From positions 16,228-80,227 of the IMG/VR virus record IMGVR_UViG_3300021255_000122: a stretch of 64,000 bases of DNA; one strand, given 5' to 3'. The number at the start of each line of letters is the position of its first letter. The first letter of the stretch is position 1. The notes below the pieces were generated by a model. The model was not told the origin of the DNA, did not search any database, and saw nothing but the letters and a program-made list of their open reading frames with translations. Origin of the DNA: a virus (Duplodnaviria; Caudoviricetes). The translations under genes were made by a program, and so were the position numbers. Below are positions 45,870 to 55,302 of this stretch, in pieces.

Positions 45870-46286
45870 TTAAATTATGGTTGTGAACTTTGTGAGTTTC
45901 AAACTAACAAGCGACATGTTATCATATCCTTGCCGCATATATTCCGAAATGAAAGCCTTTGCGTTATCGAATGATTGTGCAAACAAGATAGTCTTGTATT
46001 TGATTTCTTTCTCGTTTCCCTCGTCATCGTGAAAGACATCCATAAGTTCGGCTTGCCAAATCAAATCGTCGTCGTGTTGGCAAGTGTTAAGGATTTCTTT
46101 AATCTTACTGCGCTTAACACCGACAACATCTACTTCGTTAAGGTTCAATCCTTGTCCGTATTCATAACCCGCTTCTTCTGCATCGGCAAAAGATATTGCG
46201 TTTTGTACTACAAGGTTATTTTTTACGTTTTTGTCGTTACCTTTGTTGTCAATGGCAACATGGGTTATTTGTACTTCGTATATCAT
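45870..46286 (-). CDS. DUF4494-like protein
   Basis: NLVVQNAISFADAEEAG; two-domain pattern typical of Bacteroidota phages. Confidence 0.65.
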   Translation of the reverse strand: MIYEVQITHVAIDNKGNDKNVKNNLVVQNAISFADAEEAGYEYGQGLNLNEVDVVGVKRSKIKEILNTCQHDDDLIWQAELMDVFHDDEGNEKEIKYKTILFAQSFDNAKAFISEYMRQGYDNMSLVSLKLTKFTTII

Positions 46287-46288
46287 AA

Positions 46289-46762
46289 TTATTTTCTTTT
46301 AAGTTCTACTCTTGCGTTCTTTGGTATAACAATTTTTATCGGTTCTTCGTTTTCCATTATGCTTTCTTGGTGTTGCTTTATAACGCGCTTGATAATAACC
46401 CACCGTTTTGTCCATATTGGTTCGCATTCTATCATTTGCGTCATTTTAGTAATACCATTGGCAATTGTTGCCGTGGTGAAATACTTTCCGTAATATTGAG
46501 AGGAAACTTTTGCTATCTTTTCGTATGTTTCGTTTGTCATACGTCGGTATGAATACCAAAACAACCAACGTGCTTGCGCGACACTTAACGTGTTGCAGTC
46601 CGTGAGCATTTTATCCATTTCTACGTTACAAAGAGCCGAAACGAAATAAGCAAGCCAATATTGAATCTTGCTTTCGTACCCACGTAGTATTTTACAAATA
46701 GTGTCAAGCATTATTTGTTCGGCTTCCGACATTTTTTCTAATACAAAATCTTCTTCTTTCAT
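46289..46762 (-). CDS. DnaA C-terminal-like HTH protein
   Basis: AQARWLFWYSYRRMTNETYEKIA. Confidence 0.5.
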   Translation of the reverse strand: MKEEDFVLEKMSEAEQIMLDTICKILRGYESKIQYWLAYFVSALCNVEMDKMLTDCNTLSVAQARWLFWYSYRRMTNETYEKIAKVSSQYYGKYFTTATIANGITKMTQMIECEPIWTKRWVIIKRVIKQHQESIMENEEPIKIVIPKNARVELKRK

Positions 46763-47190
46763 CCGCTTTGTTTCCTTTCGCATATTTCGTTAATGATAGT
46801 TTGTTGTGCCAACGGCAATCTTTCGACGTACAAGTTTAACCGTTGTTGCTTTTCCTTTCCAAGAATCTTATCCCAAACCCCTTGTATTTCGAAACGGAAT
46901 CTAAGGAAAACAAATACACCTTTAAATGCAACCATATCGCCATCTATTTGTTTTTCAAGATAAGCCTCCCATTGCGGCCTTCTTTCCCTTTCGGTGTATG
47001 TTTGTGATTCGTTGTTATATTCAAGCAATTTCTTTCGTTTAAGCCAAAGATACGTCTTTCCGTCTTTCTTGAAATATTGCCCGACAATAGGCGAGAGATT
47101 GATACCCTCGATGGTTATCTTTCCCTCGTACCTACCGCCTTGCTTGCGTTCTAAATAGCCGTTAGCATAATCACCGTAATATTCTATCAT
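46759..47190 (-). CDS. Hypothetical protein
   Basis: Clean ORF. Confidence 0.7.
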   Translation of the reverse strand: MIEYYGDYANGYLERKQGGRYEGKITIEGINLSPIVGQYFKKDGKTYLWLKRKKLLEYNNESQTYTERERRPQWEAYLEKQIDGDMVAFKGVFVFLRFRFEIQGVWDKILGKEKQQRLNLYVERLPLAQQTIINEICERKQSG

Positions 47191-47195
47191 TACGT

Positions 47196-48350
47196 TTACG
47201 ATATTAGCATTGGCATAATCAACGAAATGTAATCATACCCGAAAGAATTTTCATCGCCCTCGGTAATAATTCCAGCGCGTGACGGGTCGGAAAGCAACAA
47301 GTTCACCTTTTCACCACTAATGTTCGTTAGCATTTGCAAAAGGGTAGAGCCTTTAAAGCCGATTGTAATTCTTTCGCCGTTGTATTCACAAGGAACGATT
47401 TCCGATGCTGCTTTTGAAAAATCAATATCTTCGGCGTTGATTTCCATTTTCCCGTCCGCAAGTTCAAGTGAAACAAGTTCCACCGTATCGTTTGACATAG
47501 GAAGCACACGTTTCAAGGCTGAAACTAACGTTTTCTTTTCGATTACGGCTTTTTTATCGTTGTCTTTGGGTATTACCGCGTCGTAGTTCGGGTAACGTCC
47601 TTCAAGCAATCTTGTGCAAAGTTTGAACGTGTTATTGTTTATGGAAACAAAACGTTCGTTGAACTCAATCTTAACATCACCCGTTTGTTTGTTTAGCGCG
47701 TTCATAAGGACGTGTGACGGTTTTGTGTGTAGGGTAAATCCGTTGTCTTGTTCACCGTCGCCGTTTTTAATCGTGGTGTCCATGTGTTTTGCAAGTTTGT
47801 GACCATCGCTTGCAACGGCAACCATATAGTCTTGCTTAAAGTCGAAATGCACGCCATTCATAACGGGTCTTAGTTCATCGTTGGCCGTTGCGAATCCTGC
47901 CTTTTCAATAGCCGTAAGCAATCGTGCCGCATCAATACGCTTGACAACGGTTTGCTCGTTGTTTTGTATTGGCATTGGGTATTCCGTTGCATTGTCGTAA
48001 GGTAGCGAAAAATGTCCGTTTTCATATTCGCAAGATGCAATCCTCTTTTCTTCGTTGATATTCATTGTCACGAACTTTCCAGAAAGGTTGCGTAGTGCTT
48101 GCAAGAAATCTTTTTGCGCAATGCAAAGTTCAATACCAACCTCGGCCTCCGTTAGTGTTGACTTTACTTGTAGCCACGTTTCTCCGTCGCTTGCCATTAT
48201 TTCAAGGTACGTGCTTCCCATTCCATCATCCTTTGTGGAAAGTCTTAAATCGGAAAGAATTGGTAACGCATTGTTCGGTGAAACGACACTTGATGCCATT
48301 GCGATTTGTGGCACAAGTTCATCTACGTTGAATTTAATAATCTTTGTCAT
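47196..48350 (-). CDS. dnaN: DNA polymerase III beta sliding clamp
   Basis: NALPILSDL, DELRPVMNGV, VASDGHKLA, LLEGRYPNYDAVIP, LIMPM. Confidence 0.93.
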   Translation of the reverse strand: MTKIIKFNVDELVPQIAMASSVVSPNNALPILSDLRLSTKDDGMGSTYLEIMASDGETWLQVKSTLTEAEVGIELCIAQKDFLQALRNLSGKFVTMNINEEKRIASCEYENGHFSLPYDNATEYPMPIQNNEQTVVKRIDAARLLTAIEKAGFATANDELRPVMNGVHFDFKQDYMVAVASDGHKLAKHMDTTIKNGDGEQDNGFTLHTKPSHVLMNALNKQTGDVKIEFNERFVSINNNTFKLCTRLLEGRYPNYDAVIPKDNDKKAVIEKKTLVSALKRVLPMSNDTVELVSLELADGKMEINAEDIDFSKAASEIVPCEYNGERITIGFKGSTLLQMLTNISGEKVNLLLSDPSRAGIITEGDENSFGYDYISLIMPMLIS

Positions 48351-48390
48351 AAGTTTCTCTTATTGTTTTTTTTGATTAAAAAATATTTTG

Positions 48391-48463
48391 TTGGGGTAGG
48401 TGAACTCGAATCACCACTACGGGAGCCAAAATCCCGTGAACTAACCAGTTATTCTATACCCCA
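48391..48463 (-). tRNA. tRNA-Gln(TTG)
   Basis: Full cloverleaf: TGGGGTA/TACCCCA, CGGGA-TTTTGGC-TCCCG, GGTGA-TTCGAGT-TCACC; CCA not encoded. Confidence 0.9.
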
Positions 48464-48471
48464 ATTTTGAA

Positions 48472-48505
48472 AACCTTACTATACTTTCACAAGCCTTGTA
48501 AGGTT
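48472..48505. ncRNA. Hairpin with TATACTTTCACAAG loop (recalls Bacteroidota Flavo-1-type hairpins)
   Basis: AACCTTAC/GTAAGGTT stem just upstream of tRNA-Gln; family assignment from memory only. Confidence 0.35.
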
Positions 48506-48676
48506 AAAAGTTTTATAAAACAATTACACTGTGTCCAAATCAAACAGTATAGATACGCAAAGATATAGATAATGCCTATCGTTTAGAAAGGTTACTTCGT
48601 TGTCGCAACGTTTCACCTAAAATATCACTACTCATTCACTTAAATACTAAATAATCAATCATCTTTTATGTAGTTG

Positions 48677-48684
48677 CAAAATTA
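48677..48684 (-). promoter_or_regulatory. -7 element (TAATTTTG)
   Basis: TTTG 19 nt upstream. Confidence 0.6.
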
Positions 48685-48736
48685 GTATTTTGTTTTAAAT
48701 ATTCAAAACATGTATTGGCGTTTAACACAAATTTAA

Positions 48737-49054
48737 CTATTTTATTAGTTTTCTTTTCATAAAATCCAAAAGATAAGGTGATGGTTCAACACCATTCTTT
48801 CTCATGTATTTAATTGCGTGCCGCATTGCCTCACGGCTTTCACGTATTTCGCGTGTTAACGCAAAATTATGGTTGCTTAACCTAACATTGTTTTCTTGTA
48901 GTTTCGTGACTTTCGCTTTAATAGCCCAATAATCGTGATACATTCGCTTGTAGTCTCTTACGATGTAGAACAAGTGTTGTTCCTCTGGAATCAATGGGCG
49001 TTCAACATAAGCCCTACCTTCTTCGTCGTATAGCATAATCTTATCGTATAACAT
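48737..49054 (-). CDS. Hypothetical coiled-coil protein
   Basis: Clean ORF. Confidence 0.7.
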   Translation of the reverse strand: MLYDKIMLYDEEGRAYVERPLIPEEQHLFYIVRDYKRMYHDYWAIKAKVTKLQENNVRLSNHNFALTREIRESREAMRHAIKYMRKNGVEPSPYLLDFMKRKLIK

Positions 49055-49057
49055 TGT

Positions 49058-49396
49058 TTATAGTTTATATGGTTTGAATCCATATCTTTCTTGAATAAGT
49101 TCGTCCAACCACGTAGGCCATTCTCCGTTGTGCTTATCCGTATAGTCTTTCAATTCATTTGTGTATTCTTGAACAAGTAACACAAAATCCTTATCGGGTA
49201 TTTCTCCACCTTTGATATGATAAAGTTCTTGTAGGTGTTCAAGTTCGCATTTAAGCCGTGGTGATAGCGAAACCCTTTCATCACCGCCTTGTAAGCCAAC
49301 CCAAGCCATAACTCTTGCCCCAATATCCATTGGTACTATCGCCATATCCATTTGCCTACAAGCGGCATACATTGCTTTTCTAAAGTTCTCCATCAT
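49058..49396 (-). CDS. Hypothetical protein
   Basis: Clean ORF. Confidence 0.7.
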   Translation of the reverse strand: MMENFRKAMYAACRQMDMAIVPMDIGARVMAWVGLQGGDERVSLSPRLKCELEHLQELYHIKGGEIPDKDFVLLVQEYTNELKDYTDKHNGEWPTWLDELIQERYGFKPYKL

Positions 49397-49754
49397 TCCA
49401 ACCTAATATATCGTGAATAAAATCTACTTGTTTCCTATAATTGATTGATGCTTGGTGCTGTTCTTGCCTGCGTCGCTTTTCTATCTCAAACAAACGGTGT
49501 CGTTCACGTTGTTCGGACTTTGCCTCCCTCCTTGCCTTTTCCTGCATATAAATGGTGTTACGCAAGTCTTTGTCATCAAGAATTTCTGACATAAGTTTTT
49601 TGTTCTTTGCAATAATATCCTTGATTATTTCTTGACAAACAAATCCTTCATGCTGCATAATGCAACGCTTAAATTCTTCGTTGTCAACAAGAAAGACGTG
49701 CCGTTTTTCTTCTGTCATTTCAAGAACATCCTTAACCTTTAGTTCTATTTGCAT
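49380..49754 (-). CDS. Hypothetical protein
   Basis: Clean ORF. Confidence 0.65.
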   Translation of the reverse strand: MQIELKVKDVLEMTEEKRHVFLVDNEEFKRCIMQHEGFVCQEIIKDIIAKNKKLMSEILDDKDLRNTIYMQEKARREAKSEQRERHRLFEIEKRRRQEQHQASINYRKQVDFIHDILGWNDGEL

Positions 49755-50197
49755 ACCTCGTAATAGTCTTTTAAGTTTATACCAAATTCCTTTGCCTTTT
49801 CCGTTTGTAGTTTACTGTCCAAAAACGGATTAGTATGTATAGCCTTGTGGCATGTGCGGCAAAGTAAAACAACGTTACTTTCATTGGTTGCCAAATGTGG
49901 AAATCTTGAATAAGGTAATATGTGATGTACCTGCGAATGACAGAATTTCCCTATTTCCTTACCACACATCATGCAATGTCCTTGTGTGCTTCCCCACAAC
50001 TTTTCTTTTATCGGTACGATGTCAAACAAATGCCTTTCATTGTCACGGATTTGCGAGTTTTTCAGTCTGTAGTTCCACGTCAGATAGAAACGTAACTTGC
50101 CGATTTTAAGCATTCGTTTGAAGTGTTTTTGTTTCTTCGGCAAATTCTGTGGTGAATTAAACACCACATTGCTGTTGTTGATAACGATGTCATTCAT
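49745..50197 (-). CDS. HNH endonuclease
   Basis: CMMCG...QVHHILP...NVVLLCRTCHKAIH. Confidence 0.85.
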   Translation of the reverse strand: MNDIVINNSNVVFNSPQNLPKKQKHFKRMLKIGKLRFYLTWNYRLKNSQIRDNERHLFDIVPIKEKLWGSTQGHCMMCGKEIGKFCHSQVHHILPYSRFPHLATNESNVVLLCRTCHKAIHTNPFLDSKLQTEKAKEFGINLKDYYEVCK

Positions 50198-50442
50198 AAT
50201 TCTTTTGTATTCGTTAGTTGTTTAAGTTCATTTTCAAGCCACTCCTTGTATCGTTCCTTACTACCTTTCATTGCTTGCAGTTGTTCGTATTCCTGTGCAG
50301 CCACGCCCCAATGTACTGGTGCTGGGTTGCAGCAATGGAATGACGTATTGACGTTGTAAAGCATTGCCTTCATTTCAAGTATTTCTTCCCTTGTGAAAGG
50401 GCAGTCTTTGTGGACTTTCTTTTGTAGTCGTGGAGTTTTCAT
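50194..50442 (-). CDS. Hypothetical protein
   Basis: ATGA-coupled ORF. Confidence 0.65.
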   Translation of the reverse strand: MKTPRLQKKVHKDCPFTREEILEMKAMLYNVNTSFHCCNPAPVHWGVAAQEYEQLQAMKGSKERYKEWLENELKQLTNTKEL

Positions 50443-50843
50443 TTCAGTAATATCCTTATTCCTTTATACGTTAGATAGCCTGCAACGATTATGTTAGCAA
50501 TGCAGATTATGTAGATGTATGTCGGTTCAAGTTCAAAGTCGAAATAGGACTTTTCGATAAGGTTTACGCCTAAGTAGCCGCAAGTCATTTTGTTGTAGAT
50601 GCAAGTGCTTATTGCTATTGAAAGTACACATAAGACCGCAAGATGTGATATATTATATTCCAATTGATTGCCTATTGCCCAAGAAATAGGTTTGTAAAGA
50701 TAAACACCATCCGCAAATTCCATATAACTATTAGTATATAGCGCGTAAACGTCTTCTAAATATGATACGAATACTATAAAACACAAAATAAATGGAATAA
50801 CCTTGCCTAACCTAATTAGTGCTCTACGAAAAGCGTTAATCAT
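50439..50843 (-). CDS. Multi-pass membrane protein
   Basis: Three to four hydrophobic segments. Confidence 0.7.
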   Translation of the reverse strand: MINAFRRALIRLGKVIPFILCFIVFVSYLEDVYALYTNSYMEFADGVYLYKPISWAIGNQLEYNISHLAVLCVLSIAISTCIYNKMTCGYLGVNLIEKSYFDFELEPTYIYIICIANIIVAGYLTYKGIRILLK

Positions 50844-51151
50844 TTGCGTTTTATTTTAATCTTAAAGTTTGCACCAGTATCTCTATACAATCTCGCTGGT
50901 GCTTTAGGTATTGTATCACCACCATTTGCAACCCTTGTTGCATCATTCTTGTGTACAAGACGAACGCTCTTGCGTATCTTTATTTTGCCTTTGTTGCGCT
51001 TGTTGTACTTGCGCTTTCTCGGTTTTGCCATATAAAATATTTTTTATTTGTTCAAATTGGCTTTTAGAGATAAGCGCACTACCATGTGTTCTATTTCCGT
51101 ATATAAAACAAAATCGTAGTGCGCCCTTGCTTTCGTCTTCGTGCATATATA

Positions 51152-51541
51152 TCAATATCTTTCTTTGTAATCCTTTACCGCTGCATTAAAATCCATTTTT
51201 AGGTCAATAAGCCTTTGTTGTTCCGATTTACTTAACCTTGGACAACCCCTTGACCACGCATCGAAACTTGGTATGGTTTGGTTAAAATCGTGTGCAAACA
51301 TACAATAATTGTACCACGCCACCAAATCCTCGTAGTCGTGTAGGTTGTTATCAACGGCGTATTTTACAACACCGTTAAAATCGAAAAAGTAATCACTAAT
51401 GCAAGTGATAGTACCAACATCACCTGCCACCCAAGAGTCTTCTTCGTATTGCAACTTATAAGCATCGCAAAACGCCTTTAGGTAATCTTCACACGCTTCG
51501 CTATATCTTTGATGCAACAAATCCCTATGTGCTTTGTTCAT
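51152..51541 (-). CDS. Hypothetical phage protein
   Basis: WVAGDVGTITCISDYFFDF-type ORF. Confidence 0.75.
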   Translation of the reverse strand: MNKAHRDLLHQRYSEACEDYLKAFCDAYKLQYEEDSWVAGDVGTITCISDYFFDFNGVVKYAVDNNLHDYEDLVAWYNYCMFAHDFNQTIPSFDAWSRGCPRLSKSEQQRLIDLKMDFNAAVKDYKERY

Positions 51542-51897
51542 AAGTTGAAAATCCTTTGAATGATGTTGCGGTCTTGCAACCTTTCGTTTTCCTCACGTAG
51601 TTTCAAATTTTCGTTAACCGAATCATTATAAAACTTTCTCACGCATTTTTCGCTTTTAATCAACCCAAATACCAATTTGGTTATTTCCGCTTTGGTTGCA
51701 ATTGACGGTTCGCCCATAGCATCGCAATACACGGTATCGGAATGCCAAAGGTCGCCATCCCTTACGTTTGAATCCATAAAGTAATCAACGGCAACGCTTA
51801 TTCGCGTGCATTCCTTACTACTACTTTCAACAACACCAACGGCACGATGTCCGTTGTATGTCCAAGCAATAATATCGTTTTCCTTAAATACTTTCAT
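51538..51897 (-). CDS. Hypothetical protein
   Basis: Clean ORF. Confidence 0.7.
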   Translation of the reverse strand: MKVFKENDIIAWTYNGHRAVGVVESSSKECTRISVAVDYFMDSNVRDGDLWHSDTVYCDAMGEPSIATKAEITKLVFGLIKSEKCVRKFYNDSVNENLKLREENERLQDRNIIQRIFNL

Positions 51898-51939
51898 TGT
51901 CTTAAATATTCATATCTTTGGAAATATGCAAATGTGTTG

Positions 51940-52104
51940 CTAAATTTTTGGTTTTTTTATCAAAACACCAATCATTTTGCCGCGTTTGAATTTCTTTGTT
52001 TCGTACAATTGCGTTTTCACCCTATTGTATATTGTTTGTTTTGAAACGTTCAACAACCCAGCAAGTTCGCTTACGCTTACCCATTCCGTTTCGTTATTCT
52101 CCAT
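51940..52104 (-). CDS. Small excisionase/MerR-like HTH protein, 54 aa (below track cutoff)
   Basis: MENNETEWVSVSELAGLLNVSKQTIYNRVK... Confidence 0.7.
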   Translation of the reverse strand: MENNETEWVSVSELAGLLNVSKQTIYNRVKTQLYETKKFKRGKMIGVLIKKPKI

Positions 52105-52771
52105 TTGCTTGTTCCGTTACAAAGTTTTCTTGTTCCTGTTCTTGCAAAGCCTTTAATTCTTGTTCCTTTCGTTCCTCGTCGGTTAACTTCGGGAAGATAA
52201 CGGATTCTTTCATACCGTCAATATAGCCATTGACAAGTTCGTGTTCTTGCTTGATAAAGTCAATGTTGGTAATATCCTTTTCATTTTCCGAGAGTATGAT
52301 TTGGTTTCTTGCAATATTGTGCAAGTAATTATCATAGATAAGGAAAGCCGCGCTCTCGGTTTCATCAATGCCGTATAGCGGATGGAATATGTTGTTAAAC
52401 CATAGGTCAACAAACCAACAAAGGTTGTATTCCGTCTTATCTTCCTTTTCTTTTAATTTGTCCATCAATTTAGCGTAGGAACGTGTGGCTTTACCATTTG
52501 CGTACTTAACGATGCAATCGTTTTCAAGAGCGATTTCAATAAAACGCTTTGTGTAAAGGTAAGGCCGTGAAACACCATTTGGTGTTAGTTGATTGAAAAC
52601 GTGACGGTGAAAGCCAGTTTCAATAACCGCAAAATCATCGGTTACGGTTAATCGTAAAATCTTATCATCAAAGAATACGGATATTGTATCTTTGGTTTTT
52701 GGAACAAGAACGATAGCGTTTCTTATGCGGCGTTCAAGTTCACCCTTTGTTATGTTTTTGTTGTTATTCAT
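52094..52771 (-). CDS. Hypothetical protein
   Basis: Clean 225-aa ORF. Confidence 0.8.
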   Translation of the reverse strand: MNNNKNITKGELERRIRNAIVLVPKTKDTISVFFDDKILRLTVTDDFAVIETGFHRHVFNQLTPNGVSRPYLYTKRFIEIALENDCIVKYANGKATRSYAKLMDKLKEKEDKTEYNLCWFVDLWFNNIFHPLYGIDETESAAFLIYDNYLHNIARNQIILSENEKDITNIDFIKQEHELVNGYIDGMKESVIFPKLTDEERKEQELKALQEQEQENFVTEQANGE

Positions 52772-52907
52772 TTTCCATTGCTTTTATTCGTGATTCTATT
52801 TGTAGAATTATATTGTCGATGTTTCTATGTGGATATTCCTCTTGCACATCAAGCAAAACCGATAGTTGCGCTTTTAATCTATGGTACATATATGTACTAT
52901 ACATTGA

Positions 52908-53447
52908 TTACTTGCTTCTTGTCTTTTTGTTCAAGTCCGAACGTATTGCCAACAAGCGCATTTTGATGGTTTCCTCGTTTTCGGGTATATGTCCACGAAT
53001 CTTGTTTCTTTGGTTGTAAGACTTAATCCACGCCATCGCCTCTTCTTTGTTGTGGATTTCATCGAACACCCATTCGTTTTCGGGTTCTTTGATTTCGTTT
53101 TCCTTTGTTGTTGCGTTTTCAAGTTCCCGTGCTTCTTGCAGTAATTCCTCGGCTTTTTCTGTCGATTTTTCATCAAGGTCTACGTTTTCAAGTTCCGTGT
53201 TCATGTAAGACGGAACAACGAAAATATCAACGATTCCACCAAATCTTTCGGAAGAGAATACTTTTACAACACGGGGCTTTGCGTCTTTGGTGTTGTCAAA
53301 CTTGCAAACGGCATAAGCCATGCGGTCAAAACCAACGTTAACGGTAGCAACACCTTTTTCAAAGGAACTTTTTCCATCCCATTTCTTGCGAGGAATGCTC
53401 GGCAAAGAAAGGTAGTCGCAGATTTCTTTTTCAAATAGTACTTGCAT
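52908..53447 (-). CDS. Hypothetical protein
   Basis: Clean ORF after the promoter at 53479-53486. Confidence 0.75.
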   Translation of the reverse strand: MQVLFEKEICDYLSLPSIPRKKWDGKSSFEKGVATVNVGFDRMAYAVCKFDNTKDAKPRVVKVFSSERFGGIVDIFVVPSYMNTELENVDLDEKSTEKAEELLQEARELENATTKENEIKEPENEWVFDEIHNKEEAMAWIKSYNQRNKIRGHIPENEETIKMRLLAIRSDLNKKTRSK

Positions 53448-53478
53448 AATATTATGTTTTTAAATTTGATTATTGTTG

Positions 53479-53486
53479 CAAAGATA
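53479..53486 (-). promoter_or_regulatory. -7 element (TATCTTTG)
   Basis: TAnnTTTG with TTTG upstream. Confidence 0.65.
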
Positions 53487-53526
53487 GGCGTTTAGTTTGG
53501 AATATGCAAACATTTAACACTTATTT

Positions 53527-53742
53527 TTATCTTTCGTGTGCCAATCTTATCATTTCCTTTCCTTTTTCCGTGGGTTCACCTTTTTTGTCGCAAGGAACGA
53601 ATATCATCGTTCGTTTGTCTATTTTTACCCACCGCCAACCTTCTTTCTCTAACTTTTTTTCAATACGCTTGGCCTTTACAAGTGTTTTCCTGTCGTTTTC
53701 CGTAACGGCTGGTTTCCATGCCGCCCAATTTGTTTCATTCAT
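53527..53742 (-). CDS. Hypothetical protein
   Basis: Clean ORF. Confidence 0.7.
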   Translation of the reverse strand: MNETNWAAWKPAVTENDRKTLVKAKRIEKKLEKEGWRWVKIDKRTMIFVPCDKKGEPTEKGKEMIRLAHER

Positions 53743-55108
53743 AGTCGCATATTATTAGTTCGTGTGCATAAGGTAATTCTTTAATCCAATCGCAAAAGAT
53801 GTGCCATTCGTGTAACTTGTGGTTTTTCCTTTGACGGTAAATAGTTGCCAATTGTTCGTAGTTTGTGGAACAACGCATAAATAGTTCAATTCCTTGCGGA
53901 CAATTGCTTAGAACGCGCATAAACGTATCGTAGCATGGATTTCTATTGTATCTCGCAATAAGCACTTTCATCATACGCCTTGCCGTAGAGCAAACATATT
54001 CATTAAAGCAAGCATCCATATCCATTTTTGTAAGACGGTGCATTTTGCTTGACGAACAAACAATATCAAGAAATCCGTACCGTTGCATTTCTGGCGAAAT
54101 GTAGTTTGGGTACTTTATATCGAAAGAAACGCGAATACCCTTCATTGCATTTCGATGTCCGCTACCTTGTGGTTGTTTTGCTAATCTCATTATTCTTTTA
54201 AAATCTTTAATAGCCAACATTAAGTTATAATTTCCTTTATCTGCAAAACACGCTTGTTGTGGTTTTTCAATACCGTATTTTTGAAAATGTAAAATATTAG
54301 GAGAAAATTGACCAAACAATTCTTTTTCTTTAGTTAATCTTTTTTTAATTGCATCTTCTTTGTTTGTATAATACCCAAGGTTAATAACATTTCCACCTAT
54401 CGCTATATAAGCCCTCCATTTTTTTCTATCTTTTCTATATGATATTCCAATTATGTTTTCGTCACCTTGAATGATTTTGTTTTTTTGTTTACTTTTGTTT
54501 AATAAGTTTTCTTTTTTAGAACAAGCACGTAGGTTTTTTCTTGTGTTGTTTGAAACATTCCTATCAATATGGTCTATTTCTTCGAATGTATATCCCAACG
54601 TATTACCAAGTAGCCTATGAAACAATTCATCGTCAACTTTTAAATAGCCATTTGAATCAACTTGTATATTTTTATCAAAGATTAACGGCAAATCAACACT
54701 ATCAATATAAGAAGTTCTTGTGATGTTCATGTCTCCAGTAACATCAATCTTTACAATGTCGTTTTCTAACAACGTGTACACAATGTGGTCTTTTATTTCA
54801 CCGTAACGATATAATGTATGAGAATGTTTTCCACAATAATAATTCCCATTTCCATTTCCCGCAAAAACCCTTTGTACATGATTGTTACTACCACATTTGC
54901 AACAGGAATTAATTGTGTTTAAACCTATATTTTTATTTTGATTTTCAAAAAAACGTATAAATCGAGGTAAAAAATCCCCGTGTTTTAACCAAAACCTTAA
55001 GTTTGTTACACGAAAATCAACATCTTTCATGTCGGTTTGCATTGCGTAAGAAGATGCAATTATACATTCTTCAATATCATATACCTTCCAATTTTTTATT
55101 TCAAGCAT
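53735..55108 (-). CDS. Phage ThyX-like (FAD-dependent thymidylate synthase-like) protein with an in-frame HNH-AP2 insertion
   Basis: KGIRVSFDIKYP, EMQRY, SSSKMHRL, NYEQLATIYRQRKNHKLHEW; insert with DHIDRNVSNNTRKNL and an AP2 domain. Confidence 0.75.
   Translation of the reverse strand: MLEIKNWKVYDIEECIIASSYAMQTDMKDVDFRVTNLRFWLKHGDFLPRFIRFFENQNKNIGLNTINSCCKCGSNNHVQRVFAGNGNGNYYCGKHSHTLYRYGEIKDHIVYTLLENDIVKIDVTGDMNITRTSYIDSVDLPLIFDKNIQVDSNGYLKVDDELFHRLLGNTLGYTFEEIDHIDRNVSNNTRKNLRACSKKENLLNKSKQKNKIIQGDENIIGISYRKDRKKWRAYIAIGGNVINLGYYTNKEDAIKKRLTKEKELFGQFSPNILHFQKYGIEKPQQACFADKGNYNLMLAIKDFKRIMRLAKQPQGSGHRNAMKGIRVSFDIKYPNYISPEMQRYGFLDIVCSSSKMHRLTKMDMDACFNEYVCSTARRMMKVLIARYNRNPCYDTFMRVLSNCPQGIELFMRCSTNYEQLATIYRQRKNHKLHEWHIFCDWIKELPYAHELIICDYE
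54224..55021 (-). mobile_element. In-frame homing endonuclease insert (Zn finger-HNH-AP2); boundaries approximate
   Basis: Residues about 30-295; AT-richer than the flanks. Confidence 0.65.
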
Positions 55109-55302
55109 AACCTTTGTCTTTTACCGTCCTCGTTTATTTTACTTTCGTCTTGAATGTATTTCTTTTGTGATGTACATTTGCGCAAGAACTTAATATCGCA
55201 CCCATCGTAAACCGTCACACCCAATCCGTATGTATATCTCTTGCATGTGTTCTTTACCGAACATTCGTGTCCCATACAATATACCATATAGTTTTGCTTC
55301 AT
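55096..55302 (-). CDS. Small Cys-rich protein
   Basis: YCMGHECSVKNTCKRY. Confidence 0.65.
   Translation of the reverse strand: MKQNYMVYCMGHECSVKNTCKRYTYGLGVTVYDGCDIKFLRKCTSQKKYIQDESKINEDGKRQRLCLK

Noticed and set aside
48391-48463. tRNA-Gln as an attP integration site
   Set aside because: No integrase in the window and no duplicated tRNA 3' half; lifestyle cannot be determined here
50840-51155. Overlapping ORFs 50840-51031 (very basic) and 50943-51155
   Set aside because: They overlap by 89 bp and I cannot tell which is real; no match to a ribosomal or other known protein, so not listed as features
54224-55021. Canonical intein or group I intron in the ThyX-like gene
   Set aside because: No terminal His-Asn/Cys-Ser-Thr junction and no recognisable group I core sequences; the frame is continuous. 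Kept as an unexplained insertion
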